Shown: piece by piece, positions 47,991 through 56,234 of the stretch
How positions within the stretch are numbered: position 1 is the stretch's first letter
Layout of the letters: every line of letters begins with the position of its first letter
From: Candidatus Magasanikbacteria bacterium UBA922
Lineage (GTDB): Bacteria > Patescibacteriota > Patescibacteriia > Magasanikbacterales > UBA922
Reading direction: 5' to 3'
Length of the DNA stretch: 64,000 nucleotides
Assembly: GCA_002293825.1 (NCBI GenBank)
Contig: DBDW01000012.1
Span: forward strand, 25,147-89,146
Translations under genes and position numbers: made by a program
Notes under the pieces: model-generated
What the model saw: the letters and a program-made list of their open reading frames with translations, nothing else
What the model was told of the DNA's origin: nothing
Databases searched by the model: none

Positions 47991-50625
47991 ATTGTTTCAA
48001 AAAGGCAATAATTATATTTAAATCTTCAGTTTTCAGTGGGTTTTCATTTGAGTTCTGTGTTGCATGTGTGCCACGATTACTCAGATCATTCCAGTAACCC
48101 TCTAGCTTTTTAATATCTTCTTCTTTCTTATCAATTTTTTTCAGATTTTCCCAAGGTACACCAACTCCACGAAGTCGATCTTTCATTAAACCAGTTTTTA
48201 ACAAAATTTTCTCGTCAATATAATGCTCAATTGCTGATTTTAAGTAACCAGAAACACAACTCAAAGAGTAATCGCTTTTCATTTCATTTTCCGCTTTCTC
48301 AATAAAATAGCTACAGGATTCATTCTGTGCTTCAAATATTCTGCCTGTTTTATCTTTTGACTCTCTGTCTACCTTGTAGGTGTAAACATGACAACCTTTG
48401 CCATTGCAACCTTTCTGTGTGTAATTTTTGCAAATATGATGAGTTTTATTGGTTGTTTCATTTTTAAGACTGTTTCCCCAATAAATCAACGAATCGTAAA
48501 ACAGTTTGTTATGCGTGAAAATTATAATCTGCCTATCTGATGACAGTTGTAAAAGTTTTTTAGCTAAAAAATCAGCTACTTCGTGATCAACACTGGTAAC
48601 AGGATCATCAAAAACAATTGGACATATATCATTTTGGCTTTCAATCTCTGCGAGAAATAATGCAAGCCCGACAGCCTTTTGTTCGCCATCGCTTAAAATT
48701 GCACGAACATCGTTTCCTAAAATTTTAAGCCTTGTACGAACAGATCCTTTGCCTGCCCCAGTCTTTTCAAGGCTGACTTCAATATTTTTACCCAAGGCTT
48801 TTAGTTCGTCTTCAAAAGATTGCCTTATTGAGTCCGTCAAAAGCTCATCGTGTGCCTTTGATCCCAACTCTGTAATTCCTCTAGTGCTTATACTTTGTTT
48901 TACGCTTTCATATTTTTGAACAGACTTGCAAATTGCAAAATGGCTTTCTATTTTTGTCTTCCATTTTGAAATATTTTGTTTGTCTTCAAGCTTGTTAATC
49001 TCAGTTAAATAACCGCTTATTTTCTGTGTTTTTTGAGTATCGGATTGCTGTAAATCATCTAGCTCTTTTTGCTTTTTTTCTGATAGTTCCTTTAGTTTTT
49101 CATCGGTATTCAATAGGTCTAGCGCATACTTTTCAGCGGTAGTCGCCTTGTCTTTTAACGCCCTTTCTATATCTTCTTTTTTCTTTGCAGCCACTACTAA
49201 CACTTGTTCAATTAATGTCTTATAATCTTGCTTCTGGTCGTTCTGTATCTCGGTTAAAGTTTTTTTCAAATTTTCTGAAAGAGTGAAATCCGTGACCAAA
49301 TCATCAATTTCTTTCTTCAGCTCGGTAATTTTATCAACAGAATCTTTGAAATTTTGTTGCGACTGATCATCCAAATATTGAGCGTATGCCTGAACAAGTT
49401 TTATGGCCTCCTCGCCTAACGGCTGGTGGCAATAGATACATTTTTCCTCATGATTAAAGACGGTCTGGTCAATTTTTGCGACATATTCTTTCGCCGATTC
49501 AATAAAAGTTTGCCATTCCTCACTGTCTTGAGCGGGTATATTTTTTAAAACTTCAAATTGTTTTACTCGTTCATCCCTTATTTTCTTTTTCTCTAAATAA
49601 TCCTTTATGGCAGAAAAAGTATTTGCTGTTAATTTCTCAAGGTTTGTTTTAACGTCAGATAAATGATTGTAAAGATCATCAATTTCTTTCTTTTCTTGAT
49701 TCAATACTTTTTTACTATCTTCCGTAGTGTTTTTTTCAAGGGAAGTCTTGTCTATTTTAAATTGAGCTAGTTGTGTTGCATCCTCCTCGGTAAAAAGTTT
49801 GTTAGTATCTAACAGTTGTTCTTCCTGTTCTGTTAATGAAGTTTTGCCAAGTAATGTTTTTAGATCATCAGAGTGAATAATATCGATCAATGTCTGTAGT
49901 TCGGGAGACGAGTCTTGCTTTTGTTGTTTCGCTTGATTTAACCTCTCTTTAAATTCATCAATAATTGTTGCGATTACTTGAAAAAAATTTAGCCCGAGCG
50001 GTTCTATGTTCACCGAGCTTTCGCGCTCATCTAAGAAAATTGGTAAATATTCTGTATCAAAAACTTTGATTTGACTGAATGGTGCAATGCCTCGGACCAA
50101 TTTATTATCCCATTTGAAAGTATTTTGTGTTTTATCATCTAATAAATAATCTACATGAACCTCTAATCCATCACCCTGATTATGGATGTTATCTAAAATA
50201 TCTTTAGACTTGATACCGCCAGCAAGCTCATTGATAATTCTGAAATAACCACTTTTCCCAGTGCCGTTAAGTCCAAAAATTATAGTACATGCAGGACTTA
50301 ATGTTATTGATTGGTTTGGAATAAGAGCATTAACGCCTTTTATATGAGTGATTTTTTGTAAAGAAAGTTTTTGTTTTTTTGAATTGTCTAGGGTTTCAGC
50401 TTCTACAATATCCTCTTGTTTTATCTCTTCATTATTTTCCTGATCATCCGTAATCTGATTTTCCTTTAGAAGCTCTTGAAATATTGCATTTTTTTCGGCA
50501 TCCGAAATTTTTGCATTGGCATCTATTACTTTTTGAATCAACAAAACAAGCCATTTTGGCGTGTCGCTTTTGGCTTTGTATTCAAGCAGGTAGTCCTTAG
50601 CATGTGATTTTGTTGAGTTACTCAT
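47989..50625 (-). CDS. ABC-type ATPase with a long coiled-coil insertion (AAA_13 / RloC-PrrC-like architecture) plus a Cys-containing C-terminal domain; candidate defence or abortive-infection protein
   Basis: 878 aa. N-terminal Walker A IIFGLNGTGKSGYF. About 450 aa of predicted coiled coil. Signature-like ILSDGEQKAV. Walker B PIVFDDPVTSVD. H-loop IIFTHN. About 190-aa C-terminal domain with CKNYTQKGCNGKGCH. AT-rich relative to the core genome. Confidence 0.7.
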   Translation of the reverse strand: MSNSTKSHAKDYLLEYKAKSDTPKWLVLLIQKVIDANAKISDAEKNAIFQELLKENQITDDQENNEEIKQEDIVEAETLDNSKKQKLSLQKITHIKGVNALIPNQSITLSPACTIIFGLNGTGKSGYFRIINELAGGIKSKDILDNIHNQGDGLEVHVDYLLDDKTQNTFKWDNKLVRGIAPFSQIKVFDTEYLPIFLDERESSVNIEPLGLNFFQVIATIIDEFKERLNQAKQQKQDSSPELQTLIDIIHSDDLKTLLGKTSLTEQEEQLLDTNKLFTEEDATQLAQFKIDKTSLEKNTTEDSKKVLNQEKKEIDDLYNHLSDVKTNLEKLTANTFSAIKDYLEKKKIRDERVKQFEVLKNIPAQDSEEWQTFIESAKEYVAKIDQTVFNHEEKCIYCHQPLGEEAIKLVQAYAQYLDDQSQQNFKDSVDKITELKKEIDDLVTDFTLSENLKKTLTEIQNDQKQDYKTLIEQVLVVAAKKKEDIERALKDKATTAEKYALDLLNTDEKLKELSEKKQKELDDLQQSDTQKTQKISGYLTEINKLEDKQNISKWKTKIESHFAICKSVQKYESVKQSISTRGITELGSKAHDELLTDSIRQSFEDELKALGKNIEVSLEKTGAGKGSVRTRLKILGNDVRAILSDGEQKAVGLALFLAEIESQNDICPIVFDDPVTSVDHEVADFLAKKLLQLSSDRQIIIFTHNKLFYDSLIYWGNSLKNETTNKTHHICKNYTQKGCNGKGCHVYTYKVDRESKDKTGRIFEAQNESCSYFIEKAENEMKSDYSLSCVSGYLKSAIEHYIDEKILLKTGLMKDRLRGVGVPWENLKKIDKKEEDIKKLEGYWNDLSNRGTHATQNSNENPLKTEDLNIIIAFLKQ

Positions 50626-51028
50626 CTTTTAGCTTTTTGTTAATATCTGAAAATGTTTTGCTGAAGTCTTTTTTTAACTCATGCTCCCAAACCCGGATCA
50701 CGTGCCAGCCTTCTTTTTTATAATGCCGATTCACCTCCTTATCACGTTCTTTATTCCGTGCGATTTTCTTTTCCCAAAACTCGGTTCTTGTTGCCGGCAT
50801 GGAGCCGTGTTTTTTGCAACCATGTCAGAAACAAGAATCCACGAAAATTACGGTTTTGTATTTCGGTAAAACAATGTCGGGCTTTCCGAAATACTTTGTT
50901 GAGTTTTTGAGATAACGATAGCCTTCTTTCCATAACGCTTTGCGGAGTAAGATCTCAATTTTGCTGTCCTTGTTTCTTACTTTGGACATGATGTCACTGC
51001 GTTTTGTTTTGGAAAAAATATCGGCCAT
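50618..51028 (-). pseudogene. vsr: very-short-patch-repair endonuclease gene interrupted by an in-frame TGA at the conserved Trp
   Basis: Two track ORFs sit in the same frame. The first ends ...KYKTVIFVDSCF, then a stop, then HGCKKHGS, then MPATRTEFWEKKIARNKERD...GWHVIRVWEHE. Together they reconstruct the Vsr motif FVxGCFWHGCxKH except TGA replaces TGG. Confidence 0.7.
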
Positions 51029-51030
51029 AG

Positions 51031-52113
51031 TTACTTGATAAATCGTATTTGGAGATTGAGCTTGATAAACAATTCGCCGTTTTCTTCGTAAATTGTGCCA
51101 TAGCCGTGACGAGTCGCACTAGGCGATTCCATGCGTGTATTGTTGAACAGGTAATTTCGAAATGCTTCGGCATTGTAGAGGTGATAGCAAACTATTTCGC
51201 CGTCTTCGCGAACAATGATCACGCCTCCGTGCGCTCGTAAAGTTCCGTCCCAAGGACTTGCGGGGACCATACCCAAAGCGGCGTTATTGAGTAGGGATTT
51301 GATTTTGTATTCGTAATCTTCTGTTGTGAGGTTGAAAGTCAAAATTTGCACTTCTTCATCTTGCAAGTGTTGTAGTAGTTCGGGAAAAGTTGAGCCTTTG
51401 TCGGAAAAATAAGCCAAAAGAACCTCTGCCATTATTTCAGGCATAATCGTATCAATTTTTCTCAAATTTCGTTCAAAAACTTCGGAATCAACCTTATGAA
51501 AAGCGAAACTTCCGCCAGCTTCACGAATCGCAAAAAGTCGATCACGAATTTTTGACTTGGTGTCGATTGCGTTTATCCTTTTTAGATTCTGTTTATCAAG
51601 CCCTGTTATTTTGTATGTAAAATTGGTCGCCCCCGAAGCGTTGAGCAAGGTTGCTGGCGAACCCAGTTTTGATTTAATGCTGAATCCGATTTCATGATCT
51701 CGTCCGATCGTGTGATCATGCACTTTTAAAATCAGGTCTTCTTTTCGTGAATTTCCCGCATTAAGTGTTTTAACTGCAAGACGATCAAAAAGTTCCTCTG
51801 CGAGCGGAACGGAAAAGGTCTGTGACTTTTCTTTGATTTCACTAAAAATTTCCACAACTTTGGTTTTTAAGTCGGAAGTATCAACGATTGCCGTTTCTCC
51901 GTTTCCGTGTAGGATTTTGACTTTTTCTCCTTCTTGCAATTCGTATTCCAGCTTTCCTTCGGATTCTTCACGTATGATTTTCAAAATGGGAAAGAAAATC
52001 GCCTCGATTTTTTCGAGATCTTGATCTGCGCCGATAATTTTCTTGTCGACGAGCAGTTTTATAAAAGCGTAAAACTCGCTCCATTCTCCTTTATTTCCTG
52101 TGATCATAAGCAT
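51031..52113 (-). CDS. putative type II restriction endonuclease (family not recognized)
   Basis: 360 aa. Co-oriented, and overlapping by 23 nt, with the upstream C5-MTase gene. Possible PD-(D/E)xK-like stretch VDTSD...EIFSEIKEK. The call rests mainly on context. Confidence 0.45.
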   Translation of the reverse strand: MLMITGNKGEWSEFYAFIKLLVDKKIIGADQDLEKIEAIFFPILKIIREESEGKLEYELQEGEKVKILHGNGETAIVDTSDLKTKVVEIFSEIKEKSQTFSVPLAEELFDRLAVKTLNAGNSRKEDLILKVHDHTIGRDHEIGFSIKSKLGSPATLLNASGATNFTYKITGLDKQNLKRINAIDTKSKIRDRLFAIREAGGSFAFHKVDSEVFERNLRKIDTIMPEIMAEVLLAYFSDKGSTFPELLQHLQDEEVQILTFNLTTEDYEYKIKSLLNNAALGMVPASPWDGTLRAHGGVIIVREDGEIVCYHLYNAEAFRNYLFNNTRMESPSATRHGYGTIYEENGELFIKLNLQIRFIK

Positions 52114-53008
52114 TTAGTGATTTTATAATTTGTTGTGCGACCGCATTAATCGCATTGACGGCAACAGCATTGCCAAGCTGCTTCATGGCTTGTACTTCCG
52201 AAACCGGAAACTCGAAGTCATCAGGGAAGCCCATCATTTTTTTACCTTCAACGGGCGACAATCTTTTTACTTTACCTTTCACTCTGTAAGCGTCCCAATT
52301 TCTGCGGTCATCAATTCCCGATCCACGACCTCCGCAACGTAGTGTGTAGCCGACTTCTTTTTCGCAAGGTGCGCCCCAAATATCGGACATGGTTTTTTCA
52401 AGTTTGATAGGTTCGGGAAATTCAAATTCCACATCCGGATCACGAAAACCGACCATGAATAATCGCGGACGATGTTGTGGAAGTCCGAAATCGGACGCTT
52501 TCACAATTTTGTAGTGGAAGGAGTAACCAAGATCTTTGGTAATCGTGTTTTTTATAACTTCAAATGTTTTGCCATTGTCGTGCTTCAGTAGATGACGGAC
52601 GTTTTCAATAAAGAAAGCACGTGGTTGTTTTTCCTTGATAATTCGCACGATGTCGTGAAAGAGTGTGCCTCGCGTGTCTGCAAATCCTTTTTTGAAACCG
52701 GCTTGTGAAAACGGCTGACAAGGGAAACCTCCCGTTAAAATATCAAAGTCCGGGATTTCCTTTTCATTCACTTTGGTTATGTCGCCCGCAAAAAGATTTT
52801 TACCTTTTGCGAATAAGCCCACTTCAAAAAGTTCAGGCTGTATTTTTCGGAAATTATGTTCGTATGTCTTGCGTGCGTGTTCATCCCATTCACTCACAAA
52901 AACACATTTTGCGCCCGCATTATGAAAAGCCAAGTGAAAGCCGCCTATTCCTGCGAACAGGTCAATGAAAGTTATATCTCGTTTTGTCTTTTGAGTTTTT
53001 GCTTTCAT
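52091..53008 (-). CDS. DNA (cytosine-5)-methyltransferase, short-TRD, M.HhaI-like backbone
   Basis: Motif I FIDLFAGIGGF. Motif IV GFPCQPFS. Motif VI ENV. Motif VIII QHRPRLFMVGF. Motif X GNAVAVN. 305 aa. Confidence 0.9.
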   Translation of the reverse strand: MKAKTQKTKRDITFIDLFAGIGGFHLAFHNAGAKCVFVSEWDEHARKTYEHNFRKIQPELFEVGLFAKGKNLFAGDITKVNEKEIPDFDILTGGFPCQPFSQAGFKKGFADTRGTLFHDIVRIIKEKQPRAFFIENVRHLLKHDNGKTFEVIKNTITKDLGYSFHYKIVKASDFGLPQHRPRLFMVGFRDPDVEFEFPEPIKLEKTMSDIWGAPCEKEVGYTLRCGGRGSGIDDRRNWDAYRVKGKVKRLSPVEGKKMMGFPDDFEFPVSEVQAMKQLGNAVAVNAINAVAQQIIKSLNAYDHRK

Positions 53009-53011
53009 AGA

Positions 53012-53320
53012 CTATTTTATTAAATCGTTAATATCCACTTCCAAGCCTTGTGCAACTTTGGTTAGTGTTTCTATTGTGGGGTTTCCGTTTGTTCCCGATT
53101 CCAAAGTAACAATGGTATTGAGTGCAACATCGGCAAGTTTTGAAAGGCGATCTTGTGATATGCCTTTCTCGGTACGGATTCTTTTCAGATTTTTTCCTAT
53201 GTTTGAAATGTTTGGTTTCATATACCGGTAAAATGTAATATTTTCACTGGTTGTATTGTATCGTGTTTGAAAGTTTGGGTCAATTTTATAAAAATGTTCC
53301 GCTGATAGGCGGAACTCCAT
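53012..53320 (-). CDS. XRE-family HTH controller (C-protein-like) of the R-M module
   Basis: HTH IGKNLKRIRTEKGISQDRLSKLADVALNTIVTLESG. The likely start is the internal Met MKPNISN (about 53221), giving about 70 aa. Sits immediately upstream of the MTase on the same strand. Confidence 0.7.
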   Translation of the reverse strand: MEFRLSAEHFYKIDPNFQTRYNTTSENITFYRYMKPNISNIGKNLKRIRTEKGISQDRLSKLADVALNTIVTLESGTNGNPTIETLTKVAQGLEVDINDLIK

Positions 53321-53458
53321 ATATTCCCCTCATCAAATAAAGCGTTTCCGTAGCGTAACGGAGGAAACACCATATTTCCCCTTAATAAAAAAAGAAAAAG
53401 AAATTTGAAAATTTTTTAAAACAATTGGGCGATAGCCCAGAAAAGAAAAGGAATATTT

Positions 53459-53640
53459 CAGCTAACGTTCGCCGATATCAGATGTGCCGCCATTGTTTTC
53501 AGCACATACTTTCATTTACCATTATTCATTGTAAGCACTTCAAACCTGCAATTCAAGAAGCGGCATATGGGAGAAGAAAATTGCGCCACATTTGAAAATT
53601 CCAAGGCGAAATTTTCTGAACCTGATATCGGTTGTTAGCT
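53459..53640 (+). repeat. attC-like element C: 23-nt inverted repeats AGCTAACGTTCGCCGATATCAG / CTGATATCGGTTGTTAGCT flanking ~140 nt
   Basis: tttcagctaacgttcgccgatatcag ... cctgatatcggttgttagctgatg. The ends share cTAACGTTCG and GTTAGCTGATGT with elements A and B. Confidence 0.6.
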
Positions 53641-54054
53641 GATGTTTGTCTCACGGCGTTTGTAAAGAAAAACTCCGTTAACAAAAATCGCCCATACCGA
53701 AACGGCTATCGCAATAATACCAGCTTTTATCAACTGAGAAGGGCTTGAGCCAGTCTGCGACTGTACTTGCAAGATTCCAATCAGAACAATAATGATTGCT
53801 ATGTAGCTTACGATCGACTGCCGAAAGTGATCGGCGATTTTTGGTTTATGCAGCTTTTCGAGCCGAAATATTAACCCATTGCCAAGCCAGAATAGAAGAG
53901 TGGATACTATGATGAAAACTATTAGAAGGAGGATAGTGCCTACTAACGCTACTTCAAGTTCCATTTGAATTATTGCAAGCACGATAGTGTCTAAGAAAAA
54001 TCCAAATGCGAGAAAAGCTGCATAAACAATAGGCGATAAGATTTTCTTAAGCAT
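53635..54054 (-). CDS. small membrane protein (first cassette ORF next to the recombinase)
   Basis: 139 aa with 4 TM helices. Confidence 0.5.
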   Translation of the reverse strand: MLKKILSPIVYAAFLAFGFFLDTIVLAIIQMELEVALVGTILLLIVFIIVSTLLFWLGNGLIFRLEKLHKPKIADHFRQSIVSYIAIIIVLIGILQVQSQTGSSPSQLIKAGIIAIAVSVWAIFVNGVFLYKRRETNIS

Positions 54055-54176
54055 AGCGATTGATTTATGAAAAGTTTAGTGAGGCAAATTTCAGCTAACT
54101 CCTTTTATACGAACAATTGGGTATTTCCGCTAAAATAGAGTATACTTTACCTATCTATGTGAAATCAAGGAGGGGT
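54055..54176. promoter_or_regulatory. attI-like junction between the recombinase gene and the first cassette; contains core AGCTAAC (GTTAGCT on the cassette strand) at 54093..54099
   Basis: tttcagctaac repeats the 5' end of element C. A strong SD aaggagggg lies 6 nt before the recombinase ATG. Confidence 0.45.
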
Positions 54177-55037
54177 ATGAATTCACTATATCGTAGTTCA
54201 AATTATCGACCAAGCCGTGACCCATTGGTTCTTTTTGTACAAGAAATGAGATTAAGAGGATTAAGTGATAAGACTCAAAAGTCGTATCATTATTATTTGG
54301 ATGAATGTCTGAGGTTTGTCGACTATAAATCTCCAAAAGAAATTTCAGCTGCTGACGTTCGGAGTTATTTGTTGTGGCTTGCTGATAATCATAAAAGTGC
54401 CTCAACGTTGAATATTGCATATTCGGCACTGCAATTTTATTTTCAAAAAATTCTTCGTAGAAATTTTTTTGCCATGATTCCACGTGCAAAAAAAGAAAAA
54501 CGTTTACCGGTCGTACTTTCGCAAAAAGAAATACAGAGCTTGATTGGTGCGATTACGAATAGGAAGCATCGTGTAATAGTGGAATTGCTCTATGGATCTG
54601 GATTACGTGTGGGTGAGGTGGTGCGAGTTCGGATGAAGGATATTGATTTGGATAGGATGCAATTACATGTAGTGCAAGGGAAAGGATCAAAAGATAGGTA
54701 TACTATTATCCCACGTTCTATCTCTACTATTCTTGCTACGCAAATGAATGTAAAACAACCGAGTGATTTTTTGTTTACCAATGGGCATGGTGGACGATTA
54801 CATGAACGTAGTGTGCAAAAAATTGTTACTCGAGCTGCGCAGACTGCTCGGATTTCCAGGTCGGTGAGTGTACACACGCTTCGTCACAGTTTTGCGACTC
54901 ATTTACTCGAAGCTGGTACGGATATTCGATATATCCAAGAATTGCTTGGTCATACAAAGATTGCTACTACTCAAATATATACGCATGTAGTACGATCAGA
55001 TTTAAATATGATTACGAGTCCACTGGATCGTATATAG
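54177..55037 (+). CDS. tyrosine site-specific recombinase, XerC/XerD-like (no IntI-specific insertion)
   Basis: N-terminal SAM-like domain (LSDKTQKSYHYYLDECLRFV). Catalytic R (LLYGSGLRVGE), K (GKGSKDR), HTLRHSFATHLL, LLGH and Y (TTQIYTHV). Only about 35 aa lie between the GKGSKDR and HTLRHSFA boxes. Confidence 0.85.
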   Translation: MNSLYRSSNYRPSRDPLVLFVQEMRLRGLSDKTQKSYHYYLDECLRFVDYKSPKEISAADVRSYLLWLADNHKSASTLNIAYSALQFYFQKILRRNFFAMIPRAKKEKRLPVVLSQKEIQSLIGAITNRKHRVIVELLYGSGLRVGEVVRVRMKDIDLDRMQLHVVQGKGSKDRYTIIPRSISTILATQMNVKQPSDFLFTNGHGGRLHERSVQKIVTRAAQTARISRSVSVHTLRHSFATHLLEAGTDIRYIQELLGHTKIATTQIYTHVVRSDLNMITSPLDRI

Positions 55038-55094
55038 TTGATTTTCCCGTACATATCCGCTATACTCCCTCACATATCTATTTAATACTACTGT

Positions 55095-55856
55095 ATGGTG
55101 CAGTTTTTTACCACGACTATTTACCAGCCGATTTTCAATCTCTTTGTCTGGTTCTACAATCTCGTCGGAGATGTAGGTGTTGCGATTTTATTGATCACGA
55201 TCTTGTTCCAGCTCATCTTGTACCCACTAAACAACAAATCCATCCGAGCCCAAAAACAACTCGCTGATTTGCAGCCAGAATTGGAGCGTATCAAGCGTGA
55301 GAATAAGGGTGATCAGCAGAAATTGGCTACGGAGACTATGAAATTGTATAAGGATAACAAGATTAATCCTTTTGGTTCATGTCTTCCGGTACTCATTCAG
55401 ATTCCGATTTTCCTCGCACTGTTCTACGTATTTCAGAATGCATTCCGTGAGACATCGTTTGAATTATTGTATCCATTTGTGAGTAATCCAGGATCGATTG
55501 ATCCTGTGATGTTTGGTATCTACGATCTCTCGGGAAATAGTGCGGTCTTGGCAATTCTCGCAGGTATTGCACAATTTATCCAAACCAAAATGCTGATGGC
55601 AAAACGACCTCCAGTAAATGCAGGGGAAGGAGCAAAGGATGAATCGATGGCTGCGCTCATGAATAAGCAAATGCTATATATGATGCCCGTGCTTACGGTA
55701 GTAATCGGATTCCAGTTTCCTGCAGGAGTGGTATTGTATTGGTTCTTCCGCACCGTGTTGTCGATTATCCAGCAATGGCTCGTATTTCGCTCACATTCCA
55801 CGGGTGACGGCCCTACTACTGGCGGAGACGTGATTGAAGGGAAGATTGTCTCGTAG
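55095..55856 (+). CDS. yidC: membrane protein insertase YidC (short form)
   Basis: 253 aa, 5 TM. Conserved NPFGSCLPVLIQIPIFLALFYV region. Confidence 0.85.
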   Translation: MVQFFTTTIYQPIFNLFVWFYNLVGDVGVAILLITILFQLILYPLNNKSIRAQKQLADLQPELERIKRENKGDQQKLATETMKLYKDNKINPFGSCLPVLIQIPIFLALFYVFQNAFRETSFELLYPFVSNPGSIDPVMFGIYDLSGNSAVLAILAGIAQFIQTKMLMAKRPPVNAGEGAKDESMAALMNKQMLYMMPVLTVVIGFQFPAGVVLYWFFRTVLSIIQQWLVFRSHSTGDGPTTGGDVIEGKIVS

Positions 55857-55890
55857 AAGTTGATGAAGTTTTTGATGATATTACCGTGAT

Positions 55891-56190
55891 ATGAAACTTA
55901 GCGGTTCACAAGTAATGAAGATGCAGGTATACACCGCATCAGGTGTGCGTGTGGGACGTGTGCGAGATATTTCAATTGATGTGGATACTGGTGTTGTGTG
56001 TGAATATTTTATAAAAACAGGATTTCGTACAATGCGTACAATTACTCGTGAACGCGTGATACGGATCGAATCAGATCGGCTCATTGTCGAAGATCGTGTC
56101 ATCGAGACCGAATCTTCTCCTGAGTCGGTAGCCCCGGTGTGTACCTCGGTTTCCACAAATCCTATTACCCAAGACAAAACCTCCTCATGA
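55891..56190 (+). CDS. PRC-barrel-like small protein (putative)
   Basis: 99 aa. VYTASGVRVGRVRDISIDVDTGVVCEYFI resembles PRC-barrel/YlmC-type folds. Competes with minus-strand ORF 55881..56177. Confidence 0.35.
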   Translation: MKLSGSQVMKMQVYTASGVRVGRVRDISIDVDTGVVCEYFIKTGFRTMRTITRERVIRIESDRLIVEDRVIETESSPESVAPVCTSVSTNPITQDKTSS

Positions 56191-56234
56191 TAGGGGGTTT
56201 TGCTTTATATCGCTTTCTTGTACAATGGGTGTAT

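Noticed and set aside
50618-51028. Alternative genetic code (UGA=Trp or Gly) for the window
   Set aside because: All long housekeeping ORFs are intact under the standard code. The single TGA at a Trp codon in vsr is most simply a nonsense mutation.
51031-52113. Assigning HpaII (CCGG) specificity to the REase and MTase
   Set aside because: The MTase backbone resembles the M.HhaI-type short C5-MTases only generically, and the TRD is too short to call. The REase has no recognizable family signature. Specificity is left open.
54177-55037. Calling the recombinase a bona fide integron integrase IntI
   Set aside because: The IntI-specific additional domain between the GKGSKDR and HTLRHSFA boxes is absent. 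The spacing and the N-terminal SAM-like domain look XerC/XerD-like. It is reported as Xer-like with attC-like sites.
55881-56177. 98-aa minus-strand ORF
   Set aside because: It competes with the co-directional plus-strand ORF 55891..56190. That ORF fits the gene order yidC, small protein, next gene and has a PRC-barrel-like pattern.
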